A stretch of 64,000 nt of DNA. Origin: an uncultured virus (IMG/VR IMGVR_UViG_2882649382_000014). Taxonomy: Duplodnaviria > Heunggongvirae > Uroviricota > Caudoviricetes. Positions 29,402 to 39,649 of the stretch are shown here, one piece after another (the stretch's first letter is position 1; every line of letters begins with the position of its first letter). The stretch lies in IMG/VR virus record IMGVR_UViG_2882649382_000014. One strand, 5' to 3'. The notes under the pieces were generated by a model that saw only the letters and a program-made list of their open reading frames with translations, was not told where the DNA came from and searched no databases. A program made the translations under genes and the position numbers.

Positions 29402-30380
29402 AATTTTAGAGTTATTCGGCGGGATCGGATCGCCGCGCTGTGCTTTGCGGAATATTGGAATACCAGTAAAAGCTATCGACTATGTAGAAATAGATGAAAA
29501 TGCAGTTAGATCATACAATGCTATGTTTCAAAATGAATTGAAATACAAAACACAGTCAGTAGTACAGTGGAATCTAAAGCCGGACATATTGATACATGGT
29601 AGCCCATGCCAAGATATGAGCATAGCCGGACATCAAGGGAAAGCAACAGCGGATAAAGGAAGAATAAACCGAGGGAAAGGCGCAGACGAGGGAACCGGAA
29701 CGCGATCAAGTCTGATGTGGGAAACGATAAACATAATTAAACAAATGGGCGAATGGCGTCCAAGATATGTTATTTGGGAAAATGTAAAGAATGTTACATC
29801 AAAACACATGATACACAATTTCAATCGCTATTTATCGGAAATGCAAAAATTGGGTTACAAGAACAGTTTCCAGACATTAGACGCTAGAGAATTTGGTTTA
29901 CCGCAGGCTAGGGAAAGAGTATTCACAATATCAGTATTGAACGGAGAACCGTTTAACTTTGATGATTTAATAAAAACGCCTATGCGAAACCTAAAAGAGT
30001 TTTTGGAGGATAATAACGACGTTCCAGAAGTCTATAACGTGACACAACCAAGCGTATTAAGTGCCATTGGCAAAAAAGGAATAAGGAGAGCGACAGTTAT
30101 AACGGATTTTGCATATACAATCACAACACGGCAAGACAGGACACCGGCGCAAGTCATTGATAGAGGAAACGGAAAGTACAGATATTTGACAGAGCGCGAA
30201 TGTTGGAGGTTGCAAGGCTACACCGACGCAGATTTCGAGGCAGCGGCAGCAGTACAAGAAAAGTCCGGGCGTTACACAATGGCACTTTACAAACAAGCAG
30301 GAAATAGCATAGCAGTACCGATTTTTGAAAGCATTTTCAAAAAGATTATTCTAGGACAGACGGAAGAAAGGAGTTTGTAG
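29385..30380 (+). CDS. DNA (cytosine-5) methyltransferase
   Basis: LELFGGIG, GSPCQD, WENVKN, QARERVF, YKQAGNS. Confidence 0.95.
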   Translation: MEKVIKILELFGGIGSPRCALRNIGIPVKAIDYVEIDENAVRSYNAMFQNELKYKTQSVVQWNLKPDILIHGSPCQDMSIAGHQGKATADKGRINRGKGADEGTGTRSSLMWETINIIKQMGEWRPRYVIWENVKNVTSKHMIHNFNRYLSEMQKLGYKNSFQTLDAREFGLPQARERVFTISVLNGEPFNFDDLIKTPMRNLKEFLEDNNDVPEVYNVTQPSVLSAIGKKGIRRATVITDFAYTITTRQDRTPAQVIDRGNGKYRYLTERECWRLQGYTDADFEAAAAVQEKSGRYTMALYKQAGNSIAVPIFESIFKKIILGQTEERSL

Positions 30381-30383
30381 TAT

Positions 30384-30879
30384 ATGGATAAGGTTTTAAT
30401 GAGTACCGGTAAAGACGATTGGGGAACACCACAAGCGATATACGACACACTCAATAAGGAGTTTGGTTTTACATTGGACGCTTGCGCAGATGAAAGCAAC
30501 TATAAACATGAGAATTATTACACGGCAGCAGTTGACGGCTTAAAAATGAATTGGGGGGGGGCAAATCGTGTTTTGCAATCCACCATATAGCAAGAAAACA
30601 AAGAAAAATCCGGGGCAGGAGGCTTGGATCAAGAAATGTTTTGAGGAAAGCAGCGAGCATGGCGCAACTGTTGTTATGTTAATACCGTCCAGAACAGACA
30701 CAAAGGCTTTTCATAATTTCATTTTAGGAAAAGCAAAAGAAATACGGTTTGTAGAGGGGCGGTTAAAGTTTGAGATTGCCCGGCAGCAGTGCAAAGAGGC
30801 GGCACCATTCCCAAGCATGGTAGTAATTTATGATGGTACGCCGGGAGGCAGCGGGACAACGAAAGTAAAAAGATATTAA
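30384..30879 (+). pseudogene. Phage DNA N6-adenine methyltransferase split at a G9 tract
   Basis: DDWGTPQ and FTLDACA in frame 1; VFCNPPY, LIPSRTDT and GRLKF in frame 2; G9 at 30553-30561, G8 would fuse the frames. Confidence 0.85.
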
Positions 30880-30892
30880 GGAGGAAAAGAAA

Positions 30893-31252
30893 ATGCAGAT
30901 ATGCGAAGTAGAGGGGTGTAAATGTGTAGGACAGAGGCACCATATAGTATTTAGATCACAGGGCGGCTTAGATATTGATTTGAATTATAAATATCTATGC
31001 GCGGAACATCACAACATGGGAAACCGCAGCCCGCACATGAGCCGGGAAATAGATGTAGGTTATAAAATCGAATTGCAAAGAAAGTTTTACAAACTTTTCC
31101 GTGAGGCAAGATACACCATAGGAGAGATTGCAGAATTATTGGGCTGCCAAAAGAAAACATTAGAGAAACGATTTAAGGCGGTGCCAAACCGTGCCGGAAC
31201 GTATGAAAAAGAGGACATTATAAGGGCACTTATGGGAGGGAAACTATATTGA
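30893..31252 (+). CDS. HNH-like protein with C-terminal HTH-like segment
   Basis: HHIVFRSQGG...LCAEHH...H. Confidence 0.65.
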   Translation: MQICEVEGCKCVGQRHHIVFRSQGGLDIDLNYKYLCAEHHNMGNRSPHMSREIDVGYKIELQRKFYKLFREARYTIGEIAELLGCQKKTLEKRFKAVPNRAGTYEKEDIIRALMGGKLY

Positions 31253-31554
31253 GTTTAACAGCATTAGTAGCAGAATTGGAGAGGGAGGTAAGGGAGTGGC
31301 GACAGCAGGAACAAAATACATTACAGATGATAGCTGCTATTACGTCGCCAGAGTTTGCAGAGCAGGCGGCAGACGTTTTAGACAGCAAGAAACATTCATA
31401 CAGCTTTGAGGCGTATTTGGTTTTGCTTGGACGGCTACAAGAGTTAATAAGTGCAGGTATGCCAAACTGTTTAGCACTGGACGCGGTACAGACGTGCGAA
31501 ACAGCAGAAACGATTATAAACGCATGGAGATTAGCAAACGCAGGCGACAAGTAA
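31249..31554 (+). CDS. Hypothetical phage protein
   Basis: 101 aa, coupled to the upstream stop. Confidence 0.55.
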   Translation: MSLTALVAELEREVREWRQQEQNTLQMIAAITSPEFAEQAADVLDSKKHSYSFEAYLVLLGRLQELISAGMPNCLALDAVQTCETAETIINAWRLANAGDK

Positions 31555-31598
31555 CGGCGGGAAACAAATTATTTTACGAACAGAAAGGAGCAAACGCA

Positions 31599-32378
31599 AT
31601 GAGAGTTATTTCAATTATCAGCCTCAAAGGAGGCGTGGCGAAAACGACAACAAGCGTAAACATGGCTTACATATTATGCAAGCAGGGATTTAGAGTTTTG
31701 CTTATTGACAATGACAAGCAGGGGAACGCCTCAAAGACATTCGGGCTATACAATCCAGAGGACGAAAACACCGTAGCCCGGATTATGCTTGAAAGAGGCT
31801 TAGACGTCCGGGAGATCATAAACAAAACGCCATACAGTGACAGCGAGGCAGGCACATTGGATATTATAACAGCAAATATGGAACTGTTAGAGGCTAACAT
31901 GAGGACGATTGTAGACACTGGACGGCAGCAGCAGACGAGATTTAAGAAAGCATTAACAGCAGTGAGCGATCAATATGATTTCTGCATAATTGACAATGCA
32001 CCAGATATAAACATGAGCATTATTAACGCCCTTGTGGTGTCAGATGATCTAATCATTCCAATTATGATAGATCAGTACAGCTTTGACGGCTTGGAAATTC
32101 TCATAGAACAGATAGAACAGACAAAAGAGGATTTTAACCCGGCATTAACTTTTAGAGGCTGCCTTGTAACACAGTACCGAAAAGCCGACGTGCAGGAGCA
32201 GGGAACGGAAGTATTAGACAGTGGCTACCCGATTTTTGAAAGCAGGATCAGACGGACGGAAAACAAAGTAAATGAAAGTACGTTTGCAGGAAAGCCGGTT
32301 GTTGAGTATTCGGTAAGATGTGGAGCGTCGCAGGATTATAAAAAATTTGTGCGTGAATATTTGGAGGCGATCAAATGA
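31599..32378 (+). CDS. parA: ParA/Soj-family ATPase
   Basis: KGGVAKTT deviant Walker A, DNDKQGN, IIDNAP. Confidence 0.9.
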   Translation: MRVISIISLKGGVAKTTTSVNMAYILCKQGFRVLLIDNDKQGNASKTFGLYNPEDENTVARIMLERGLDVREIINKTPYSDSEAGTLDIITANMELLEANMRTIVDTGRQQQTRFKKALTAVSDQYDFCIIDNAPDINMSIINALVVSDDLIIPIMIDQYSFDGLEILIEQIEQTKEDFNPALTFRGCLVTQYRKADVQEQGTEVLDSGYPIFESRIRRTENKVNESTFAGKPVVEYSVRCGASQDYKKFVREYLEAIK

Positions 32379-32590
32379 GATCAAAGAAAATCAAGGTAAA
32401 AGCCTATTGCCCATACGAAATTGGCGACAAGGTACAGTTTGAAAAGGGCGGCAATGTTAAGACAATGGAAATTACGGACGTAATCACAGAAACAAGCGCG
32501 AAAAACGGTACAAGCAAGTTTCGGCTAGAGTTAGACGGTTGGTATATGTTAGATACAAATTTGCATGAAATCAAAATACAGAAACCGTAA
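32375..32590 (+). CDS. Hypothetical phage protein
   Basis: 71 aa, ATGA overlap. Confidence 0.6.
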   Translation: MRSKKIKVKAYCPYEIGDKVQFEKGGNVKTMEITDVITETSAKNGTSKFRLELDGWYMLDTNLHEIKIQKP

Positions 32591-32639
32591 AAAATAGGCG
32601 AAAAGTGCCCAACAAGGGCACAAGAAAGGAAGTGACAAA

Positions 32640-33998
32640 ATGGCATTTAACATTAAAGATTTTCTGAATGAGGAAAGCAAAAAAGAGGTAATAGACGATT
32701 TCCCGATAAAGAAAATTTCCGTAAAAAAGCTGCACCCAAGCAAGCAGAATTTTTATAACATTGATCCGAAAGAGATTGAGGCATTAAAAGATACTATTGA
32801 GTTAGTGGGCGTCCAAGAAAATTTAGTTGTGAGGGAGATAAAAGAGGGCGAGTTTGCCGGGGAATATGAAATTATTGTAGGACACAAACGCCACCTTGCA
32901 GTATCGGAATTGGCAGCAGAGGGGAAAGTAACGGAGTTTGTACCATGCAAGATTGATTACAGCGGGAATAGTGCATTGCGCGAGTTGATATTGATATTTA
33001 CAAACTCTACGCAGCGGGAGCGGTCAGACTATGAGAAAATGCACGAGATCCAAAGAGTGCGGGAGTTGTTGGAGGATTACGCAAAGAATAATGATTTGCC
33101 GGGAAGAAAGAGGGACATTATAGCCGGGATCCTTAATACATCAAAAAGCACTATTTCAAGATTGGATAACATCAGACGGCATATTATACCGGAGTTTATG
33201 CAGGAATATAAAGCCGGGAAGATACCAACGGCAACCGCCAACGAAATTGCAGGCATAAGCGACGAGGGGCAGCAGGAATTGTGGCAGCAGTACAGAGAAA
33301 CCGGTAGCATTAAGAAAAAAGAGGCGGCAGCAGTAAAGCAGGAAGAAAAGCCGCAGCCGGAGGCAAAAGAAGAAACACAGACGCAACCGGAGAAAAGAGA
33401 AGAAAAACCGGAGCAGATAAAACAAGAGGAACCAAGACAAGAGGAGCCGGAAAACATACCGGAGCAGGAGCCACAGGAGGAAACGACCGTAACAGTAACA
33501 AGGACGCAGGACAACACAGACAGAAAGACGCTTATTATTGCCGGACGGATCAACCCAAACAAAGAATACAACGGCATGAATATAAAATATTTCATGGACG
33601 CGGTAACAAATAGTGATTTATTTGATACGGAGTTTTGGGAAAAGTGGCAAAACCCGGATATACACCAACCGAGCCTTTTAACAGAGTATGCCGGAGTGAT
33701 CGAAACATTCAGCAGCGGCACCGGGGAATTGTGCGAATGTAGTTTTAATGAGGGATTTACAGTAACTAGACAGGAGGCGCACCAGACAGCAAATATTACC
33801 TCAATGGAACTTGTAGAGTTGATCGACGCACTTATATACACAAAGGTAATAGAAATCAAAACAGAGAGAGTAGACGTTGCGTATTGGGGAAAAGAAACAG
33901 CAAGGGAGTTGGCGAGGTTATCAATGTGGCTTACAGAGCAGGAATTAGCAGTAATGCAGGATATAGCCTTAAAACTGAAAGAGAGGGCGGGAAAATGA
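32640..33998 (+). CDS. parB: ParB/Spo0J N-terminal domain protein with acidic linker
   Basis: LHPSKQNFY, GVQENLVV, YEIIVGHKRHLA. Confidence 0.85.
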   Translation: MAFNIKDFLNEESKKEVIDDFPIKKISVKKLHPSKQNFYNIDPKEIEALKDTIELVGVQENLVVREIKEGEFAGEYEIIVGHKRHLAVSELAAEGKVTEFVPCKIDYSGNSALRELILIFTNSTQRERSDYEKMHEIQRVRELLEDYAKNNDLPGRKRDIIAGILNTSKSTISRLDNIRRHIIPEFMQEYKAGKIPTATANEIAGISDEGQQELWQQYRETGSIKKKEAAAVKQEEKPQPEAKEETQTQPEKREEKPEQIKQEEPRQEEPENIPEQEPQEETTVTVTRTQDNTDRKTLIIAGRINPNKEYNGMNIKYFMDAVTNSDLFDTEFWEKWQNPDIHQPSLLTEYAGVIETFSSGTGELCECSFNEGFTVTRQEAHQTANITSMELVELIDALIYTKVIEIKTERVDVAYWGKETARELARLSMWLTEQELAVMQDIALKLKERAGK

Positions 33999-34195
33999 GC
34001 AGATACGACAAAGACATAGAAGAAAACCGGTATTTAAGCGAAAGCGGGAAATACGCAGCGCAGTTTGCAAGAAACCATAATATTTCTTTAGGCGAGGCGT
34101 TTCAAAACCCGACAGTACAAGCATACAAAGAGGCAATAAACCATTTAAGGGAGTGTTATGAATTTGCAAACGGAATAACACCGAGGGAAGTATAA
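33995..34195 (+). CDS. Hypothetical phage protein
   Basis: MSRYDKDIEE..., ATGA overlap with the parB stop. Confidence 0.55.
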   Translation: MSRYDKDIEENRYLSESGKYAAQFARNHNISLGEAFQNPTVQAYKEAINHLRECYEFANGITPREV

Positions 34196-34206
34196 GGGGG
34201 GATCGC

Positions 34207-34530
34207 ATGGAATGTTGTTATATTTGCAGCCCATACCGAGGAAATGTTTTTGAACGGATCCGCAATAGAAAATATGCACGGTATTTAACGGCAAAGGCTA
34301 TAAAAATGGGATATGCACCCATTGCGCCGCATTTATACATAACGCAGGTATTAAATGACAAAATCCCGGAAGAAAGAAAACAGGGTTTAGAGGCAGGATT
34401 AAAACTATTAAGACCATGCAAGTATATTATGATTGGCGGGAAATACGGAATAAGCGAGGGAATGAAAGCGGAAATAGAGGCAGCGAGGGCAGCAGGAAAG
34501 AAAATAATAACGATAGGAGGTAGGAAATGA
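34207..34530 (+). CDS. Nucleoside deoxyribosyltransferase-like (DUF4406-like) protein
   Basis: YICSPYRG, PIAPHLY, ISEGMKAEIEAA. Confidence 0.7.
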   Translation: MECCYICSPYRGNVFERIRNRKYARYLTAKAIKMGYAPIAPHLYITQVLNDKIPEERKQGLEAGLKLLRPCKYIMIGGKYGISEGMKAEIEAARAAGKKIITIGGRK

Positions 34531-34757
34531 AAAACAAAGAAAAAATAGACAAAATTATCAATACAGTAGCGATAATAGCAATCATTTCTTTCTTTGTCGG
34601 GGCTATGGTTGCAATATGGATAGGGTTTGTTGGGGTAAAGGTTTTATTAAGTGCAGTTGTATTGTTTATTGGAGATTATGCAACATTCTTTTGGATCAGT
34701 ACCGTAAATAAAGAAAAGCAGCGGAAAGAAAGCGAGAGAGGGAGGCGGCAGGCATGA
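34527..34757 (+). CDS. Small membrane protein
   Basis: Two hydrophobic helices. Confidence 0.6.
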   Translation: MKNKEKIDKIINTVAIIAIISFFVGAMVAIWIGFVGVKVLLSAVVLFIGDYATFFWISTVNKEKQRKESERGRRQA

Positions 34758-35221
34758 GGAAACCAGAGGAATTATTTGACGGAATATTTATAACGCCGGA
34801 AACAAGGGAAAAGATACACGAGGCAGCAGGGGAACGCAGCGAAAAGGATATAAGCCAGTATGTAGACGATTTTTACAATGCACTGGATAAAGCATTAAAG
34901 ATGATCGCGGTATCAATCCCGGACACAAAAGAGTACATCATATACACACCGGAACGACGAATAGGAAAAAGCCGGGCACTACTCAAATTAGCGAATGATT
35001 ATAATGCAGTGATTATAGCAACGGCACACGAGCGGGATCATTTGCGGCAAATGGCAAAGGAATTAGGATATACGGAACAATGTATAGTTTCGCTATCAGA
35101 GTTACAAAGCAAACTACCGGGAAACAGAGTTAGAACAGTTATAAAGACAGAAACAGTAAGAATGGCAGACATAAGAAAGCGGACAAGCGATTACTACATA
35201 GTAGGCATAGAGGAGGTATAA
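34754..35221 (+). CDS. Hypothetical protein with a P-loop-like segment
   Basis: ERRIGKSRAL. Confidence 0.55.
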   Translation: MRKPEELFDGIFITPETREKIHEAAGERSEKDISQYVDDFYNALDKALKMIAVSIPDTKEYIIYTPERRIGKSRALLKLANDYNAVIIATAHERDHLRQMAKELGYTEQCIVSLSELQSKLPGNRVRTVIKTETVRMADIRKRTSDYYIVGIEEV

Positions 35222-35256
35222 CACAACAAAGTAAAAAGTGGAGGAGGGAAAAAAGA

Positions 35257-35595
35257 ATGAAAGCTATATGCGTACATTACAGCGAAGAAAGAAAAGATTG
35301 CACAATAGGCAGATTTCCACCATGTTGTAAATGTCCGGCTTTTTATCAGCGGGCAGCTAATGAAACAGAGGAAAAATTAAACGATCTTGCAAGCGCAATA
35401 CAGAAAAATTATAGGGCATTTGCAAGGTGGCGCAGCGGTTATAGCGGATATTCGCTAATGGTTGATTTACCATGTAATTTTAGAATTGATTTTGCAATAG
35501 ATGAAACAGCAATGCGGGAAAATTGGAGGAAATACAAAAACATGGTAATAAAAAAGGTAAAGGAAAACTTTTTAGAGGGCGTATTATTAAAATAA
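35257..35595 (+). CDS. Hypothetical Cys-containing phage protein
   Basis: 112 aa. Confidence 0.55.
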   Translation: MKAICVHYSEERKDCTIGRFPPCCKCPAFYQRAANETEEKLNDLASAIQKNYRAFARWRSGYSGYSLMVDLPCNFRIDFAIDETAMRENWRKYKNMVIKKVKENFLEGVLLK

Positions 35596-35611
35596 ACAGG
35601 AGGCAGCAGAA

Positions 35612-35866
35612 ATGGCAAAGAAAGCAGGAATAACACGGCAGCAGTACAAAGATATAAAGAAAAAGGATCATCAGCAAATGAACGCCTTTTTAATCAGATT
35701 TTGGCAGGACGGTTATAACGACGGATTAGCAGCAGCAAAGAAAGCGAATATTTCCCCGGCAGATATTGAAAACGCCATAAGCGGAATTAAAGGAATGGGA
35801 GAAACGAAAGTAAAAGCAGTAATGCAGAGAATCTATAAATTATATGAGGAGGCGGCAAAATGTTAA
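35612..35866 (+). CDS. Hypothetical protein with a helix-hairpin-helix-like motif
   Basis: IKGMGETKVKAV. Confidence 0.6.
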   Translation: MAKKAGITRQQYKDIKKKDHQQMNAFLIRFWQDGYNDGLAAAKKANISPADIENAISGIKGMGETKVKAVMQRIYKLYEEAAKC

Positions 35867-36295
35867 TAAACGATATTGAGCGGGCAGAAAAAAACAATTC
35901 GGGGGGGGGTTGTAACCGGTTACGGTTCATGTAGATTTTGCGGGCAGCAGGCAACAAGAAAAGTTTTAGAAGATTGGACGCAGGAGGAAAAAGACGAATT
36001 AGTAACAGAAACTTGCGAATGTTTAGAGGCTAGATTATACGCAGCAGAAAAAGGACAGAAAGAAAGAGCACACAAGCGTATAGAAATGCTTTTCGGAGAG
36101 AGTAACGGAGTAGTGACTTGCAATGTAGCAGTATTGGAATTACTTCATAGTATCATTAACCCGGTTTGCGAGGGAAACATAGCAGCGGCAACGGTTGACA
36201 TTGGAAATGGAGTAAAAGCAAAGATCAATATAACAAATAAAGGAAATATTAAAGTAGGGCGCACAAAGACAGATACAAGCACCTACGAGGCATAG
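35860..36295 (+). pseudogene. Phage protein (CxxC...CxC) frameshifted at a G9 tract
   Basis: GAGGAGG then ATG 35860; G9 at 35901-35909; G8 would join it to the GSCRFCGQ frame. Confidence 0.7.
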
Positions 36296-36393
36296 GAGGC
36301 GGCAAATGAACATGACAGCGATTATTATTACAGCAATTATTTGTATCACAGTAGCATACATTTCTACACATTCAGACGGAGGCAAAGGAGGAA

Positions 36394-36960
36394 ATGAGAA
36401 AAAGTAAAATTATCTGCTTAGACATTGAAACAACAGGATTAGACATAATGCAAGATGAAATATTGCAGGTGTCTATTATCAATGGCAGAGGCAGGACGCT
36501 TTACAATTCCTATATAAGACCAGAGCGAAAGCGGGAATGGAAAGACGCGGAAAAGATCAATAAAATTTCGTGGCAGGCAGTAAGAAACGCGCCCTCATTA
36601 AAACACGAAAAGAAAAAAATAGAGCGGATCTTGCAGAAAGCAGGCTTGATTGTAGGGTACAATCATAAAGCCTTTGATTTGCCGTTTATGGCAGCGAGAG
36701 GAATAAACACAGCGGTAAAAGCGGAAATTTACGACGTTATGTTAGAGTTTTCCTATATAGCCGGAGAATACGACGAGGAGCATAACGGTTACAAGTGGAA
36801 ACCTTTGACATATTGCGCAAAATACTATGGTTACGTTAATTATAAAGCGCACGACGCATTAGAGGACGTAAGAGCAACACTACATTGCTATTTTTCAATA
36901 CGCAGGGACAAAAGAGGGCGCAGGGCGGCAGAGAGAAGAAAGGAGGCGTTACATGAATAA
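36394..36960 (+). CDS. DEDDh 3'-5' exonuclease
   Basis: LDIETTG, GYNHKAFD, AHDALED. Confidence 0.9.
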   Translation: MRKSKIICLDIETTGLDIMQDEILQVSIINGRGRTLYNSYIRPERKREWKDAEKINKISWQAVRNAPSLKHEKKKIERILQKAGLIVGYNHKAFDLPFMAARGINTAVKAEIYDVMLEFSYIAGEYDEEHNGYKWKPLTYCAKYYGYVNYKAHDALEDVRATLHCYFSIRRDKRGRRAAERRKEALHE

Positions 36961-37273
36961 GAGGCAAAGAAAGAAGAAATTCAAAAAGAAATATGGCTAC
37001 AATCCACCACAGAGTATGCCAATACACAAAGCGGAACAAATAGCAGCAGTGATAGAACAGTATAAAAAGGCTTGGGAGTGCTTGAAAAACACATTATTAG
37101 AAATTGTAAAGGTATTGCAGCCACACTTTGAAAGAATGGTTATACCAGAATATTTCACAGATACAAGATTTAAGAAAATAGAAAAGTTGCAGCAGGCGTG
37201 GCAGGAGGAACACAAAAAAGAAAATGAGGAGGTAGAGCGTTGGGAACAATTTACACGGCAGCAAAAACAATAG
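36953..37273 (+). CDS. Hypothetical phage protein
   Basis: MNKRQRKK start, AAGGAGG RBS. Confidence 0.6.
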   Translation: MNKRQRKKKFKKKYGYNPPQSMPIHKAEQIAAVIEQYKKAWECLKNTLLEIVKVLQPHFERMVIPEYFTDTRFKKIEKLQQAWQEEHKKENEEVERWEQFTRQQKQ

Positions 37274-37578
37274 CTTTAATTTTATTTGCAATATTAGTGG
37301 TGGCAGAATTATTTACAAAGGGCGCAGAGATTTACCATTATGAATACATCAAAAAGAAACAACAAAAACAGTATCAGTTAATGCAGCAGGCGTTAGAAGT
37401 AATGGCAGATCAAATAGACGCTATGAGGAGGCAAAAAGAATACACAGAAAGGATCCTAAACGCTACCAAACTAAAACATTTTGCAATTAACGATCAGTTA
37501 AAGAGATTACAAAAAATAACAGAGGAGGCAGAAAGACTTGAAAGCAGTTTTAACGGTGTTGCGAAAAGACGGCGATAA
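37240..37578 (+). CDS. Membrane-anchored coiled-coil protein
   Basis: N-terminal hydrophobic helix. Confidence 0.55.
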   Translation: MGTIYTAAKTIALILFAILVVAELFTKGAEIYHYEYIKKKQQKQYQLMQQALEVMADQIDAMRRQKEYTERILNATKLKHFAINDQLKRLQKITEEAERLESSFNGVAKRRR

Positions 37579-37816
37579 TACAACAGAAGAAAGTTTGATG
37601 TTTGACACGGACAAAAGCAAGAAAATATGTGACGTGAAAAATCAGTTTAATTATGCAGTGCAGGAAATGTATTTAAGTCCGGGTGGTATTATTTTTATAA
37701 AGAACACCAAACCGGAAAGTCTGGAAATGATAGACCAAAGGCAGGCGAGGAAATATATAGGCGAAAATTACCCGGAAACATATATAGAATTTTTCGGAGA
37801 AGTCAAGGAGGCATAA
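37538..37816 (+). CDS. Hypothetical phage protein
   Basis: 92 aa. Confidence 0.55.
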   Translation: MKAVLTVLRKDGDNTTEESLMFDTDKSKKICDVKNQFNYAVQEMYLSPGGIIFIKNTKPESLEMIDQRQARKYIGENYPETYIEFFGEVKEA

Positions 37817-37817
37817 C

Positions 37818-38390
37818 ATGAGTGTGACAAAGGAAACTAAGGAAACGATAATTACAACCATTGACGAGGTATTCGAGAAAATGAATAGCATTTCTTGGGT
37901 AGATCGTCAAAGAGCAATGAAAGAGGAGGCATTTAAGAATACAGAAAAGATATTGTATTGCTACCAGACGTTAAAAGAGCATATAGCAGATGAAAAAGAA
38001 TATTTGGAAATGGCGTTGCATGGAAAAAGTACAAGTTTTGTTACATATTCCAAAAATAAGGCAGCCCCCACGGACGAAGAAACCATATTAAGAGATCGCA
38101 AAGCGTCTTATGAGCGCAGCTTAAACGACGTAGAACGCATTGAAAAGGCGTTAAAGAAGATTAAGGATAGAAAAGGTTATGAGGTTATCGAATTGCGGTA
38201 TTTGAGCCGCAAACAGCGCAAGGAGGGCGGCAAACTTATAGAGGACACATACACCTATGAGGAAATTACAGAAATGTTAGCCGGAAAGAACGGATATAAC
38301 GACAACCTCAACGAAAAGACAGTAAGAAACTATAAAAATGCACTCATTAAAGAAATGGCGGTGTTACTTTTTGGATCAGACGCAATATAA
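37818..38390 (+). CDS. RinA/ArpU-like late transcriptional activator
   Basis: VIELRY...TYEEI...EKTVRNYKNALIKEMAVLLFG; position near the end of the early region. Confidence 0.7.
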   Translation: MSVTKETKETIITTIDEVFEKMNSISWVDRQRAMKEEAFKNTEKILYCYQTLKEHIADEKEYLEMALHGKSTSFVTYSKNKAAPTDEETILRDRKASYERSLNDVERIEKALKKIKDRKGYEVIELRYLSRKQRKEGGKLIEDTYTYEEITEMLAGKNGYNDNLNEKTVRNYKNALIKEMAVLLFGSDAI

Positions 38391-38677
38391 TACAAAAATC
38401 AATGGTTGCGACATAGGAAGTTATAGCAGAATGTCAAAAAAGTGTAGGAATTGCGATAAAAAGGATTATTGCGATCACAAGAGGTTAGAGAAATTGGCTT
38501 ATATAATTCCTAGAGAAACAACAATAGGCATAGATTTAGCAAGCGGGAAAGACTTTTCAGCCAATGCAGCAGGTGTGGTAGGTTGGACGACAGCAGAGGC
38601 AGCGGAGGCACTTACTAAAGCAGTGAAAGCGGCAGCAGCACAAATGGCAAAACCAAACGAGATTAGGAGGTTATGCA

Positions 38678-39037
38678 ATGTTGACACTACCAATAAAGAA
38701 TAAATGGTTTAATATGATCTTGTCGGGAGAGAAGAAAGAGGAATACCGGGAGGTTACACCCTATTACACGTCGAGATTATCAAATTTATTTTGCGTATGG
38801 ACGAAAAATGCAGAGTATCACAGCGGAAACATGAGGCGTTTTCTGCAATCTGAAAATGCAAGGAAAAATATTACACAAGAAATCATGTTCCGCAATGGCT
38901 ATAGCAAAAATTCCCCGTCGTTCATTGCGAAGTGTACGCTTTCGGTAGGCACAGGAAAGGAAGAATGGGGAGCAGAGCCGGGGAAAGAATATTACACATT
39001 AAAGATACTTGAAATAAAAGACAAGTTTAACTGTTAG
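38678..39037 (+). CDS. ASCH/PUA-like domain protein
   Basis: LTLPIKNKWFNMILSGEKKEEYRE, FRNGY. Confidence 0.8.
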   Translation: MLTLPIKNKWFNMILSGEKKEEYREVTPYYTSRLSNLFCVWTKNAEYHSGNMRRFLQSENARKNITQEIMFRNGYSKNSPSFIAKCTLSVGTGKEEWGAEPGKEYYTLKILEIKDKFNC

Positions 39038-39047
39038 GAGGGGCGAA

Positions 39048-39533
39048 TTGCTTACTATGATGATACCACTTGATACACCGGAGCAAATAAAGCAGTATCA
39101 AGAGAAAATGAAAAGCGGCAAGGCAATAAAGTATAATGGGTTGGAATGTTCGATAACAGAAGTAATAGCGCATGGAGATATAGGAACGGCATTTTGCACA
39201 CAGATAAAAAAATACAACGACGAACACGAAATAGGAGGCAAGCAGCAGTTGACGGACGAAAGAATACACTTAACAAAAGAAGATAAAAAGAAATTTGCAG
39301 AGGGGATAAAAACCGCAAATGCAATAGAATTTCTGATTATAAAAGATATTATTGCAGAGTGCGAGAACAAATTGACAGCGCAGGATCTTAAATTTATCCA
39401 TTCTCATTTAGGGCGGCGGGCAGAGCGATTATTGAGGAATGTATTGACGGAAAAGCAAGAGGGTTGGCACTTTTCAGAGTGGTTAAAAGAGGCACAGACA
39501 GCACTTGACAACACGCCCGATTTGACACCCTAG
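39048..39533 (+). CDS. Hypothetical phage protein
   Basis: 161 aa. Confidence 0.55.
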   Translation: MLTMMIPLDTPEQIKQYQEKMKSGKAIKYNGLECSITEVIAHGDIGTAFCTQIKKYNDEHEIGGKQQLTDERIHLTKEDKKKFAEGIKTANAIEFLIIKDIIAECENKLTAQDLKFIHSHLGRRAERLLRNVLTEKQEGWHFSEWLKEAQTALDNTPDLTP

Positions 39534-39592
39534 ACAAGTCCGTTTAACTATGTTAAGATAATTACAATGAAAATTTTGAAAAGTTACAAACG

Positions 39593-39635
39593 GCGGCAGC
39601 TATCATTATTGCATGGTAGTAGCCGCTTTTTTTTT
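39593..39635 (+). terminator. Hairpin with T-run before the late operon
   Basis: GCGGC..CTATCAT...ATGGTAG..GCCGC followed by T9. Confidence 0.55.
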
Positions 39636-39649
39636 GGGCAGGTGGAGGA

